DNA of 62,289 bases, counting the filler, from Hausera hauseri (Eukaryota): NCBI GenBank assembly GCA_046269625.1. It is 9 parts of 9 records of this genome, joined end to end, with 100 filler letters (N's around TTAATTAATTAA, not from the genome) between each part and the next. Parts side by side here need not be neighbours in the genome. Positions count along the whole stretch, not along the records: positions 10,602 to 15,114 come from JBJURY010546786.1; positions 15,215 to 19,706 come from JBJURY010555896.1; positions 19,807 to 30,775 come from JBJURY010136650.1; 6 more parts are not named here. The stretch is one strand, 5' to 3'. Within the stretch, counting starts at the first letter, position 1; every line of letters begins with the position of its first letter. The notes under the pieces are model-generated. The model made no database searches. It was not told where the DNA came from and was given only the letters and a program-made list of their open reading frames with translations. The translations under genes were made by a program, and so were the position numbers. Below are positions 12,349 to 25,495 of the stretch, piece after piece.

Positions 12349-13099
12349 CTAATTATGCGAACGTTAAGGGAAAGTTTAAATAATATTTTTCAAAAATACT
12401 TCAAAATAAAATACATATCTAACTAAATCGACAATCTCTATATCTCAAACTTTTTCAGGAACCTTGAACTTTTCTGTATATCGAATAAAAATTTCTATAC
12501 ATCGAACACAAATTTTAGCAAAAAATAACGCAATTTTAAAGTTCATTAGAAGGACTAATAAAATGAGGACTTAATTGTGGCTGATTACCCCATCGATCGG
12601 GACATAGTAGACGACTGTTTGATCAAGATGATACAAAAGAGTGATGATATCGATAAATATGAATTTAACACTAGGAGGGAAAAAAACTGCCTAAAAGACG
12701 AATAGCGGTCATTTGGCTGTAACATAATTATTGAGTTTGTCGTAGACTGCGCTTATTACAGTGGAAATAATATCGCGCATAAGGCCAAATCAAACAAGAC
12801 TAATTTTGCTGAGCTCCAAACATAATGTCGTGTACACTGGTATACAATAAAAGAAACCAAATATAATCACCTCTTATAATGACACAAAGTATGACATGGA
12901 TAGTTTGAACAAAAGCTGGTGGTCGAAGGTGTTCTATAATTTATTAGATATTGCAGGAATTAATTTCCACATCTTACATAAGTGTATCTGGTGAGAATAT
13001 TAGTCATCGAACGTATTTAGTAGAAAATTTCCGGCAAACGAAGGAGACTAAAATGATGATCCTGCCACAAATACTAATTATCTTCAAACCAAACGAATA

Positions 13100-14332
13100 C
13101 GAGGGTCGTTCAATAAGTTTTTTGCCCTCATATAAAAATAATTGAGTAAATAAGTTTAAACTCATATTTTAGTAGTCTTTCTCTACATAGTCGCCGTGCA
13201 AATTTATACATTTCTGTAAGCGATATTTTAGCTTCCACAGACCATTTTTCAAGTGTGTCATCTTAGCCTGAAAATCACTCCTCCACTGTAAAAATGACCT
13301 CGGCGTCTGAATTAAAACGCCTCCCATTCAATGGCTACTTCATTTTCGAAAGAGAAAGAAGTCAGAAGGCGCCAGGTCAGGTGAATATGGCGGGTGTGGA
13401 AGTAATTTAAATCTCCCTTCTGTGCCGTGTGGACTGGAGCATTTTCAATCAAAAGGTGTATGCCTTTGGTAAGTTTTCCACGACGCTTCGCTTTCAGAGT
13501 CTCACGAAGTTTTATCAGCACACCTCTAAAATAGTCCATTGTGTAAGTTAGGTATTCAGTGAGGATTGCGCCACTACAATCTCAGAAAACTGAGAGCATG
13601 ACCTTCTTTGCAGATGACTGCACATAAGCCTTTTTGGGAGGTGGAGAATCATTATGCTTCCATTCTTTGCTCATAATTTTGGTCTCTGTATCAAAGTTGT
13701 AGACCCAACATTCATTCATTGCCACTAAACGATCAAGAGTCCTCTTCGTTGTCTTCACAAAGGACCAACATTGTGGATGCACAATCAACGCGTTGCTGTT
13801 TTTGGAAAGGAGTCAGTAACCTTAGAACCCACCGTGCAGAAACCTTAGAGAGGTAAAGATGATCATGGAATATGGTGGGTATTGACCCAGAGGATATGCA
13901 AGTTTCAGCCATAATAGAATTGATGGTTATTCTTCTATCATTCATCACCAGATCTTCCACTTTTTTAATCATGTCATGGTCAACTGCCGAACGTGGTCAG
14001 CCTTCTTTTAGCTCGACTTCTGGACTTGTGCGTCCACATTTGAGATGTCTCTTCCATGTTTCTATAGTGCTAAAGAATGTAAAATTATCACCATATACAT
14101 GAATCATTTCATCATAAATCTCAGAGGCTTTCAGTCGCTTTAAATGGAAAAACATTCACTTTTTCGAATGCATTCATTTTTACTCATTTTGAATTTGATA
14201 TCTCCTAAATTCTTTCACCTGGAAAAACAAAATTTACAAATTAAGTTCATAAGACATGGACACATTATATAAAATTTAGTTGATTTATCTTAACTATTCC
14301 TATGAGGGCAAAAACTTATTGAACGACCCTCG
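13100..14332 (-). mobile_element. Full-length, decayed mariner DNA transposon (1.23 kb)
   Basis: TIRs CGAGGGTCGTTCAATAAGTTTTT(T)GCCCTCATA at both ends, flanking TA at 13098-13099 and 14333-14334; transposase remnants SARWVLRLL, NECWVY, ENAPVH and YSPDLAPSD. Confidence 0.95.
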
Positions 14333-15214
14333 TACAATGCTTAGTTGGACAATGCAACAAAAATAAAATTGCAGAAAAGTCGTATGAGGTAAATGTCGTC
14401 GACAGAACAACGTAGTTTGTAAAGTTTTGTAACAATTTTGGCTGCATTCGGACAAACATTTTCTGAAATATATATTTATTGCTGTACTTTTATTAATGTG
14501 TTTATAAATAAATACATGAATAAGAGTTATTAAATATGATTCCTGAGTAGATGAAATATTTTTGTAAATGCGGTCAAATGACCTCAAGCGTCCTTCTGGT
14601 TTTAATGGAAAATTATTTAGAAAACAAGCAATCAACGCATTAGATAAGGTTAATATTTGTTAAAAACATTGACTTTCGCAAAAATAATTGGATATCTATG
14701 AGCAGTAGGACGGGGCGAAATATTTTTTATTGTCTCTAGTGTAGAAAGCTATTGATGGTGTGTATTAGTTTGAATGTAACAATTATTTGCATATCAGCCT
14801 TAGAATTGTATAATATATAGAACATTACCATATACTATATATTATACAATTCTATAGCTAATTAATTCTGTAAGTTGCTTATGAAGCTGTACACTACGCA
14901 TGACTTCTAAAATTGAAAATTTAAACATTGTACGCCTATATTACTGTCTTTTATTTTAGATTCATTTAGTTAGTTAATGACACTATTATAATGGCTGCAT
15001 CTATGTCAAAGTCCACCAGATCCAGTGTCAAAAATTCAGTTTTCTGGCATCCATGCAAACTTCCTGTTAATCAGTTACCGATAAAGGGTGATGTATTCCG
15101 ATGTTATATGTGGTNNNNNNNNNNNNNNNNNNNNNNNNNNNNNNNNNNNNNNNNNNNNTTAATTAATTAANNNNNNNNNNNNNNNNNNNNNNNNNNNNNN
15201 NNNNNNNNNNNNNN

Positions 15215-17470
15215 CAGTTTTCCTCCTTTGGACATTTTGTTACTTTGTACGAACTCAATAATTTGCTGAATAATCGTCTTCCCCGATATTAGAGTTCTTT
15301 GTCGTTCAATCAGTTGTTCGAGTTGTGGTTTTTTAGTGTGATGATTGCACTTGTTTTTGTCTTTAATCTTGACAGTGTGTCGGCGTCGATGTGTTTATTA
15401 ACCGGTTTGTATTAAAATTCAATGTTATATCGTGAGATTTCCTCGATCCAATGGTTTAATCTACATGTTGGGTTATTAAATCGTCCTTTTAATGTTGTAA
15501 CTGCTTTATGGTCGGTTATTATTATAATCTTTTGTCCATAGACATAGACATTAAAATGTCGTAATGCTTCTTTTACGGCTAACGTTTCTAGTTCGGTAAC
15601 TAAATAATTCTTCTCTGCTTTCTTTAACAAGCGTCCTCCATAGGCTATTGGATGTTCTAATTCTTCGTCTTCTCGTTTTTGAGCTAATTCGTATACTATG
15701 CCTTTTTTACTTGCATCTGCTTTAATGATGAATGGTAGATTAAAATCCGGGTATCTTAATACTGGTTCGCTTGTCAAAACTTTCTTCATTTTATCGAATG
15801 CTTTTTGTTCCACTTCTGTCCATCTCCACTTAGTTCCTATTTTGAGTAGGCGGTATAATGGCGCGTTAATTTTTGAATTGTCTGGTACATAATTGGCATA
15901 ATACCCACATAGGCCTAACCAATGTCCTAACTCTTTTTGATTCTGTGGTTCCATGCAGTCAGATATTTTATTGATCAGAGACTTATCTGGCTTTGATCCT
16001 CCTTCTCCAATTATATGTCCCAAGTATGATACTGCGTTCTGCGCCCATTTACATTTCTTTGGATTTAGTTTCAATCCTGCTTGTTCTAGTCGCATGAGCG
16101 TATCTTCTATGTCCTTTAAATACTCTTCTGTTTTTGATGCTATCATCACGTCATCTAAGTACGCGAATGCATGGTCAAGTCTCATAAGCATCTTATTCAT
16201 CATCCTAGTAAAAATATCTGGTCCTGTGGTGATGCCAAAAGGCATAACGTTAAATTCGTATACGCCATCATGTGTTTTAAACGCTATCTTATATTAATCT
16301 TCTTCTTCGATTTTCACTTGCCAATATTTCAATTGCAAGTCGAGAGTAGTAAACCATTTTGCTTCTGATAGTCTGTCTAAAGCTTTCTTTACTAATGGTA
16401 GGGGGAACGAGTCTTTCATCATCAGTGTATTTAATGCGCGGTAATCTATACAAAACCGATGTTTCGTGGTTCCTTTCTTCTTAACCATAAGTATAGGTGA
16501 GTACAATGATCGATAACTTGGTCGAATTATGTCGGCCTTTAACATTCGCTCTACTTCTTTAGTTATATCCGGTCTCAATGAGTGAGGAGGCGAATACCAC
16601 TTGGGCATTTTCTGTTCTAGGTCGATATTGTCATTTGAGCCGGGTTTCTTCCTCAATGGAATTGTTAATTTTAGAGCCTTTGCTCTGCCTATGTCTTCTT
16701 CATTTTGCGCTATTATCGAATGGAATTTACACAATAATTAGTAGAATTTGCAATACGCTTCGGGAGAGAATTTTGTCTCAACATGAGGTGGAAATTCAGC
16801 ACACTTGTATGGTTTCTCCGCTATTGTCACTGCCAATACTCTACAAGTGTGACCTAAAGTAGTGTTAGCGTGCAATCTTACTGGAATTGGTGCATTGTTC
16901 ACTAATCTGATAGGTATTCGTCCCGTTACTACTCTATATAAAATATTGCTAAACATATTGTTTGGATAGATATTCTCTTGAGGCTCGAAATATACCGGTA
17001 AATCTTTGTCTTGACGAATTTGAGCAAAAATTATCATTTTGGTTATAGGCGAAATGTCTTCATCTACCGGAATCCATACTTTGCCCGATTTCCTTTCTTT
17101 TATTATTTTTGTCCCTTTTATTGGTTCAAGCTCAGTTAATTTCCCGTTGTTCACATCGATTGCCATGCCTGACATTTGTTTTAATACATCGCAACCTAGT
17201 ACTACATCGTCTGTTAACTGGTCCATTATCGCAAATTCGTGTTGAAGTGCTTGGCCTATCAGATAAATGGTAGGTGTCTATTTAAACTTCGGCTTCGATG
17301 CTTGCCGAAGTGCTCCTACGCTACCTGGGTCCGATGATGCTGGTAGGCATGGCTGGTCTCGCAATGTGGTTGGTATAGATTCATATTTTATAAATGATTT
17401 TTCCGATCCTGTGCCGATTAATGTGTACACTTCCCAATCTTTGATGTGTATTTTAGCGAAAGGTCTCCCT
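15215..17470 (-). pseudogene. pol: Gypsy pol: protease, dUTPase-like linker, RT, RNase H
   Basis: TLIGTGSEKSFI (degenerate DTG), VVLGCDVL, RFCIDYRALN, FTTLDL, MPFG, YLDDVMI, ADAS, ELETLA, TDHKA. Confidence 0.92.
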
Positions 17471-18139
17471 TCTGCTACTGTTCCGTAGCAATTTAACACT
17501 ATCTTTGACTGTTTTATAGTAGAGACTCTATGTCTATTTATCGTTATTTCTGGCGATGAAATGATATCTTGCCTTAATTGTCTTAATTCTCCGTTTGGAA
17601 ACAAGTCGTTATTCGTTATCTCAGTAACGCGACTATCAATGAGCGGTAGTGAATTTGAAATTGAACACAGTTTCGCGTTCTCCCGGATCGTTGATTTTGA
17701 TTTTATGTGACACGGTATCCTTTTTGAGTACAATATTCCGTGGTCGTTTTCGGATGGTCTTTGGTAGATAACATTCATTTTCCGTAGTACTCCATATTGT
17801 TTTGTTTTTTCGTAAGGATCTTCGTAATTAATGGGTTTTTGATAGATTTCGGACCGACATGATACGATTGATTTGCGGTCGCAATCTTCATATATTGGTG
17901 CTGTTGGCGGCATGATGGGCAATGGCGCATTAATCACTGAGTACATATTGTGCATCCTCATTCTGGAGCTCACTTTTACTCCCTTAGGCTCGTCATCTTC
18001 TGACTCATTCTTTCGTGTTATTATTGTCTTATTTTTACGTCTATACAAAATCGAGGGCCTTCCTCGTCGTTTGCGGTTATAATACCCGACGTGGCGTTTT
18101 ACGTCATTTTTCCAGCGATTTTCTTCGTAGGTTTTAAGA

Positions 18140-19706
18140 ATTTTTCCAAAGGGTGTAATGATTGCGGTCAAGATTTTGCAGGAAAATCCTGTTAACGTGA
18201 ATATTTCATATCCGTTGATAATGGCTTGGATTACTGCTTTAACTAGCTGGACTAGAAAGTAAATGGCTAAAAATCAAGATGCGGCCTGTCCGAAAATCAG
18301 AAACCTTCCCCAAATCTTATACAATATTTCCGAAGTTATTTTCTGGTATTGATTAGCGCCAAGTAATGATTCCCATTTCGCTTGAAAGCGGGTGTCATCC
18401 ATGACCATTGACATGGCCCAATTCAGTTCATAAATTCGCTGTCGCGGAAATGCTAGAAATTGCCTAAAGGCTTCTATGTCTTTGGGTCTGTAAATTCCTT
18501 TATTGGCTGTGTCCTCAAACTTTTCTTTTGATAATCCTTTGATTAGATTTGTTCTAGTTACCTTGCTAGGGCCTGCGGTTGCGCCTCCATTAGCTAAGCT
18601 TATCCAGTCCATACTGCTCCATCGAAACATGGGCTCACCTAGGCTCGTTTTGCATTCCTTCAGTATCGTCGATTCAGTTGTGTTTGCCAATAATACTCTA
18701 GTGAGTTGCACTGATAGTCTGGGCATGTTCTCATAAATGACTGGTAATTCTTGCATGCATCTTTTCTCTTCTACTTTGATCGGCACGTCTCTTTTTTTGC
18801 AATCGTAAGTTAGTAAAACTTCTCCAGTGACTCCGCCGAAAACACCTTCTTTCATTGGTATAATTGGTGATTCAAATTCTGGGTTGGCATAAATTAAGGC
18901 CAATTTGGTTTTCATGACTTCAGTATCTAATCTGCAGTCATTTGTTATCATTTTATGATATAGCTCTGCTATTCCGGTTTGTCCTTTGTAATAGAAATCG
19001 TCGTCTCGATTTTTGAGGTAATTTTCAATCCGTATGTCTTGCGTTTTTAGATTGTAAATTTTCATGTTGATTTCGGTTTCTGCTACGAAGAATGCCTTGT
19101 AGTTTGTGGCATACATAACTGCGTCACAACGCTAACATGTCCTTCCTAATAAACTTCAACCTATGTGTGTCCGATATCAATATCATCGGTGTGGAATGCT
19201 CTATTACGTCTTCCCTTGATCTCGTATTAGTGTGTAATTTATTTGTGTAGCGTTTTCCGGTTGTCTCATTGAATTTTAACTTTTTGATTTTAATGAAGTT
19301 ACATCCTCTCTTGGAAGGTGGACTCTATACAACGACTAAACGTCGGAACGTACAAGTGCCATCTTGTATGTGAAATGTTTGATTTTCAGTAAATAGTTTG
19401 GTAACACTATGAAACATCGCCTTTAGAGATTTTAATTCAGTTTCGTAAAAATCTACAACTACTATTTCTCCTTCCTTTTCTTTTCCGGTATCATATTTGT
19501 CTCTCACACAATAACATGTGTGCATATTTAGTTTTCCGATTGCGACTTTGTAGGCTCTAATGATCTTTGTTTTTGGGCTTCTAATTACATGCCATCCCAA
19601 ATCATTTTGCCGGTTAATCAGGCTCCTAAACAGTGTTGTCTATCCACATTAACTGGGATTAATGGTGTGGTTGGTTTGATAATTGAAGAATGCCCGTGCA
19701 TATTAC
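18140..19706 (-). pseudogene. env: Chuvirus-like (class III/gB-related) envelope glycoprotein, N-terminus cut by the contig end
   Basis: GEVLLTYDC, CMQELPVIYEN, TRVLL...C...PMF...W, GIY...D and membrane region WGRFLIFGQAAS*FLAIYFLVQLVKAVIQAIINGYEIFTLTGFSCKILTAI resemble chuvirus-type glycoproteins. Confidence 0.75.
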
Positions 19707-19806
19707 NNNNNNNNNNNNNNNNNNNNNNNNNNNNNNNNNNNNNNNNNNNNTTAATTAATTAANNNNNNNNNNNNNNNNNNNNNNNNNNNNNNNNNNNNNN
19801 NNNNNN

Positions 19807-21300
19807 AAAAGGCTCCCATAAGCATGCGTAAGCATGAAGAAGACGACGGAAACCACTTCCAGTACTCTTATAATACCCAACCGAAACAGAAAAACGACCC
19901 AAATGTGACTTGTCGTGACCCAACTTGCTCCCATGAGTATGCATAGTCATGAAAAGGACGACCTAAACCTCCTCCAGCACCCTTAAGAAACCCAACCTTA
20001 ACAGAAAATATGACCCTGCTGTGACTCTAAACACCCGCTACGCCCTTATGATAGCCAACGTTAACAGAAAATATGACCCTTCCATGACCCAGCAGATTCT
20101 TATACATTTGCCTAAGACTGAAGAAGATGAGCTAAACCACCCCCAGCACCCTTATTATACCCAATCTTAAAAGATAATATGACCATTCCGTGACCAAATA
20201 TGCACCCCTAGGCATGTAAAAGCTTGAAGATGAAGGCCTAAACCACCTTCAGCACTCTTATGATACTCAACCTTAGCAGACAAAATGGCCCCCTAACAAC
20301 AATACCTCTTATACACCAGGGCACATGAAGATAACTAGACCTAACACTCCACCACCCACGCCTCATAACCCGTCCTCATGGGAAACAATACACCTAGGCG
20401 TGGAGGTGTCGGAAGGTCTTGGTCACTAATTGCCTTAGCAATGCTACCCCTTATACGACACCGCAAATGACGATACCTATACCTAAAATACTACCACCAA
20501 CACCTCATCACCCCTCTTCATGAGAAACAATACACCTATACATGGAGGTGTCGGAAAGTATTGGTCACTAACTTTCAACACTACCCCTTACACGACAGGG
20601 CAAATGCTGATACCTCGACATAACAGGCCAATACTCCCGCCCCATCACGCCTCCATATAACTCATTTCACGTCTAACTAAAGAAAATGAAGTTACGTCAT
20701 CAAGATGCTGACATCATCAAAAAGAATGATGCTGGTTGTGTACACATCATCTACTACCTATCTTACGTCTACTACAAAGACATAACATGGCACCTCCACC
20801 GCCCCTCCACCCCTTACTATATATAACTAACGAAAAATAAATTACGTCATCAGGATGAAGACGTCATAAAAAGAATGACGATGGTGGTGTATACATCATC
20901 TACTACCTATACACGGCATCAATAACGATGACGGTGTATCTAACTACATAAATACCGATACAAATATTTAATTACTTAAATATTTCTAATGGAGTTGACA
21001 CAAGGTCTTGGTCACTAATAAACAATAAAGCCTTATAAGGTACACGATAACACTTCCACCCCCGCTCTATCACCCCTTACTATTATTCACCTATGTTATC
21101 TACCTAACTATGCAACAATTTTAATTACTTACGTCATCAAAACAATGAAGATGAAAAGATACGGAAGCTAACAAAAAGATAATACTAGGCCTTGTTATCC
21201 TACTCGGAAGAGTTATCTCCCTTATTCCTTATATACCCTTACTATTGGAGGTGTCAAGAACACCTCCAGAAATACTTAGCTATATAAACCATTTGTACCT
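19807..21300. repeat. Degenerate tandem array of 100-170 bp units
   Basis: Recurring TAACAGAAAATATGACCC, TGGAGGTGTCGGAA.GT.TTGGTCACTAA and TTACGTCATCA...AAAGAATGA.G.TGGT.GTGTA.ACATCATCTACTACCTAT. Confidence 0.75.
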
Positions 21301-21369
21301 CCAACGAAATCCTACCTGAAAACAACTTGTACCACTACTTACCAGGAACGCATGATTACGGCAGCCAAA

Positions 21370-21813
21370 TTATTTGAAAATCTCAGATGTTCTTGAGATT
21401 CTATGGATCCAAGTACGGGACGCTGAGGCTGAGATCGCGTCGCTATCAGGACCATGACCAACACGCTGACCAAGACCTCTCAACACTTCCACGTAGTGCA
21501 TCCTGGAAACAGAATAAATTCTGGCCAACGTTGGGAGGATCGATATGGTTCCCAGTTCAAAGGTGAATCTCTTATAGGAGGCCAAGCAATGCACTAAAGC
21601 CTCGATAATCTCGGCTCGGTCCACCATCTTAGACACCACCGGAAAAGTAGGAAAGCTCAACACCACTACTCCATAGTCCTTCTTAGGTCTACTGCCCTTG
21701 TCAGGGCTCACCCAGTAGAGCTGACGCTCGGTGATGATGTATTGTAGTCTTCCGGTATCTGTGCGTATGCGGATGTGAACATTATAGTGAGTGTTTAATT
21801 CATATTTTGACAT
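21370..21813 (-). CDS. Hypothetical 147-aa ORF
   Basis: Open frame in a more GC-rich patch next to the repeats; no motif recognised. Confidence 0.25.
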   Translation of the reverse strand: MSKYELNTHYNVHIRIRTDTGRLQYIITERQLYWVSPDKGSRPKKDYGVVVLSFPTFPVVSKMVDRAEIIEALVHCLASYKRFTFELGTISILPTLARIYSVSRMHYVEVLRGLGQRVGHGPDSDAISASASRTWIHRISRTSEIFK

Positions 21814-22149
21814 CTACTTTGTGTAGCTTGACAACAGTGTGACTAACAATTAATTATTTCAGAAAGAGATCAGGTCCTTAATTACATGACCAGATTAAAA
21901 AAAATGGGCGTGCACTACGAATCATTAATAATTACTTACTTACTTAGTCCCGTAGCATTGGTGAATGCCGTAGTGGAATGAAGTGTTAGTGCCTTCATTT
22001 TTCTAGGCTTCGGCTTAGCGAATCTAGACGCCACCACCTTTCTCGCCGCATTTACTGCCCAGAATTTTATCTTGGTACCCATATCAGGCTGTGTAAACCT
22101 GAGGTCAATAGAACTGTCCAGTGAATGAATAAATACAAAAGCATCTTGC

Positions 22150-22470
22150 GGCTACATAGAAAAATGACGAAGGCATCGTGGACAGAAAAACAAGTCAAAT
22201 GAATCTGTTTTGAAAGAAGCTAATGAGGAAAGAAGAATCATTTCCGATGAAAGAAAACGGCAGTCAACATTTAATTTTGGAAAACTTAATAACATAAGGC
22301 AAAATAGATGTTCAGAGAACCAGAGGAAGACAGTGATATAAAATAACAGATGGTTTGACAGCATGGCATGGACAAAAACATTAACAGGTTTGATATCAAG
22401 CACAAGAGATAGGGAGATGTGGAGAGACATGATCGCCAACACCATTAGACAGAACACTTGATGATGAGGA
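22150..22470 (+). mobile_element. 3' fragment of an RTE-like LINE
   Basis: NESVLKEANEER, RGRQ...W, TRDREMWRDMIAN and a TGATGA-type tail. Confidence 0.6.
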
Positions 22471-22483
22471 GGATGATTATACT

Positions 22484-23620
22484 TTAGTGCGAGAATACGG
22501 AAGAACGGGGAGACAACTCCGGTAAGTCATGCGGTAGACGGAACTGCAGAACATGCCCTACGTTATACAAGCTCAATCTTTGTCGTTCCCTGGCGGCACC
22601 TTTACAATCCAACACAGTTTCTCTTTCATCTCCCGGAACTTGATTTACACAGTCTTTTGCATGAAGTGCAACCTGTTCTGTATCGGAGAAACTGGGAGGA
22701 AACTGAAAGACAGGTTCAGGGAACACCTTAGCAACATCAGAAAAATGGAGCCTACTAACAGCCCTGGCCACAGTGGTATACAGGAAATCCAGGTCACCGG
22801 CATTAAATTCTGTTCTGCTAATGAGGGCTCCCGCCGCTCAGAAGAAAATAGATTGATATATTCTCAGGGAACTTTAAGGCCCCGGTGCCTTAATATGTCC
22901 CACTCATTCATTTAGACCTGCTTTCCCCCTTCCTCCTTCCCCTAAAACCCACTTTCCTATTTCTCCATTCCCCTGGTCATGATTACACACTTACTTCCTC
23001 ACCTTCTACCTCCCTATCGATGGTGCCCCAGTGGCCCCTTCCTTGCTTCTCTAGCTTTCCCACTTTGAGATTCCCGTCTTTACTACCTCATCCTTGGACC
23101 CCAATACGGACCCTCCCTCACTCTATGTTTTTCCATCCCTACACCTCTTTTTTTACTCATACTATTCATGGTACTCCGATAGGCTATTTCCCGCGCCTAT
23201 CTTCATCTATACTTTCACTCCTAACCCCCGTTTCCATGCCTTGTCCATCTTGGACTTACCCATTGGCCACGCATGTCCACCTGTGACCTACTTCCACTTC
23301 CTCTATCTACTTCATTCACATGTCGGATTTGGCGGGACAAGGGAGTATCTCTTCTTTATTTCATTATTTTTGCTTGTTTAGTTTAGCTGTAGTCTCTTTT
23401 TAATTTATTTTATTGTATTCATTCATTTATTGTTCTCTAGTTTATAGTTATTCATTTATATTCTTGTAATATTCATTTCCTGGTTATTATTGTTTTTATT
23501 ATTACACTTGCTTTTAGTATTTTTCTTTCACTTTGATATCTTCCAAGGTCCGCTAAATTCGATTGTGCTATTTCTGTGTGTTGTATCGGAAGAAGACTTA
23601 TAGTCGAAACGTCGTCGTCG
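22484..23620 (+). mobile_element. Penelope-like element 3' fragment (GIY-YIG endonuclease plus pseudo-LTR end)
   Basis: CGRRNCRTC, NLIYTVFCMKCNLFCIGETGRKLKDRFREH, GTLRPRCLN; GAAGAAGACTTATAGTCGAAACGTCG at about 23589 resembles a PLE terminal motif. Confidence 0.8.
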
Positions 23621-23879
23621 TCTTTTGATATATATTTTCATTTCTCCTTACAAGGTAAGACATTTACTAACCTTTTTTTTTGTTTTGTTACACTCATTTT
23701 AGTGCGAGAATCCATGCAGGTCTACATTTACTGCCATTTTCATTATTCTCAATCTAAGCATAAAGCATACAGTATGCTGTATTTGATTGTTCCTGTATTT
23801 AAATGAGTATACATATTTGAAACATGCAGCATTTACATTTCAAAAGATTGTCTGCTATTTCCTAAGTTTATTTTCCATA

Positions 23880-24420
23880 CTTTGCTAATGTTACTGAGAA
23901 TTATGTGATTAACAGCGTTACTAGTAAGTAACAATATCGTTATCCCTTTAGAGCTCAGATTTACCCATATCACCCATCTTCTGTAAGTCCAGTTTACCAC
24001 TCTACTGGAGACATTGTTTCTTCCCAGATCTTCTGCAGTATTTGACCCGTTATTTGGTGATCTCTTTTTTCTGCTTTTAGCATCTCGGTATTTACTTTAT
24101 CTTCTGCAGATGCTTTGACAATTTTGAGTTTTATTATTGCATCCTTAACTTCTTTTTGCAATATTCTATTTCCAGTTTATTTCCAGTTCCTCGCTTTTCT
24201 CTGTCATATCAGTCGCTGCTTGCGACTGATGTTAGCCCGGTAAGGTACTGTGCTATCAAATTGTTGTTATGTCCTGATGACTCTGCATCTTCTGCTAGTG
24301 TATCATAGAACACTTGTTTATCCTGTCGGCATTCTTTTGTTACTTCTCTGTATTTCTGTATGCATGGTCTTGTAAGTTATTCCTTTGGTTCTGGTGACTT
24401 TGTATTTAGCAGCTGCGAGT
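23880..24420 (-). mobile_element. Highly decayed internal fragment of an RTE-like LINE
   Basis: Remnants KECRQDKQ, EDKVNTEMLK, WEEET...EW upstream of an RT-like region. Confidence 0.45.
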
Positions 24421-25495
24421 AGTAAGTTATGCTGGTTTCGACTATAATTTCAGGCGCTATTATGGCCCATATAGCGTTTTATTCTGGAGCTAGATGGCGC
24501 CCTGTCGGGTACCCAGGTAAGTAAGGGGAGACCATTTTTTGAAATTTTATATTTTGTTACTTATTTGCGCTTTTGTGTATTTGTTACGTAAGATGGGTAG
24601 ACAAATTGGTACGCGGTTAGGTAAGAGGAGACAATTTTTGATTATGTCGTGTAATATATAGACAACTCAGTGTTTTTATACAACATCGGTGTATTAGTAT
24701 CCCCATAATCGAAGCCCTGATTACGGTGGGTGTCGTCAGCAGATGTGGGTATGTGATACCAAGGTAGATCGCTTTGTCATTGATTGTTTACATGTATTAG
24801 TGCTTTGTGAATTTGGTAGATAAGTGGTGGATGCTTATGTTGTTACGTAAGGGATAGTTGGGGGTGGGTCTTCAGGGTGTCATCAGCAGGTTGGTTAGGT
24901 GTGTACCCACGCAGTAATTTATTTTATTTATTAGTATCAGTATAGGTGTTTAGTGTATATTGTTATGTAAGAAATGACAAGGGTTAGTGTCGTCAACATG
25001 TGGGTACCCAGTGGGTTATGAGGATACCCTGTTAGGTCGCCTTGTGGTATAATTGTTTATATGTAATAGTGTTTTTTGTTATGTAAGGGATATGTTGGGA
25101 TGGGTCTTCGAGGTGTCGCCAGCAGGTGGGTACATGGCAGTAAGGGGAGATTTTTTTTTATAAAATTGATTTTGGTGACTTAATATTTTTTATAGTTATA
25201 TGTTATTACACATCATCATCATTATTGTGATGACATCATTTTGATAAAGATTTTTGTTAGTTTGATGCACCATCATCATAATTTTTTTTGAGGACGTAAT
25301 TTTGATGAAGTAATATATTTTATATAGTTATATTTGTATGTACCGTCATTATAGATGACGTATTTATGTATGCATTATCATCATTCTTTTGACATCATCA
25401 TTTCGAGGATGTAGGATATAATTAGGTGGGTAGGGGTGAGGGCGGTATGTTATATCTAGGTATCATCGTCATAAATCGCTGATGACGTAGCTTTG

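Larger units (their letters stand above)
15215..19706 (-). mobile_element. Decayed Ty3/gypsy element with a viral glycoprotein upstream of and in frame with pol
   Basis: ORFs starting at 19116, 18171, 17226, 16734 and 16245 are all in the same frame, separated only by point stops. Confidence 0.85.
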
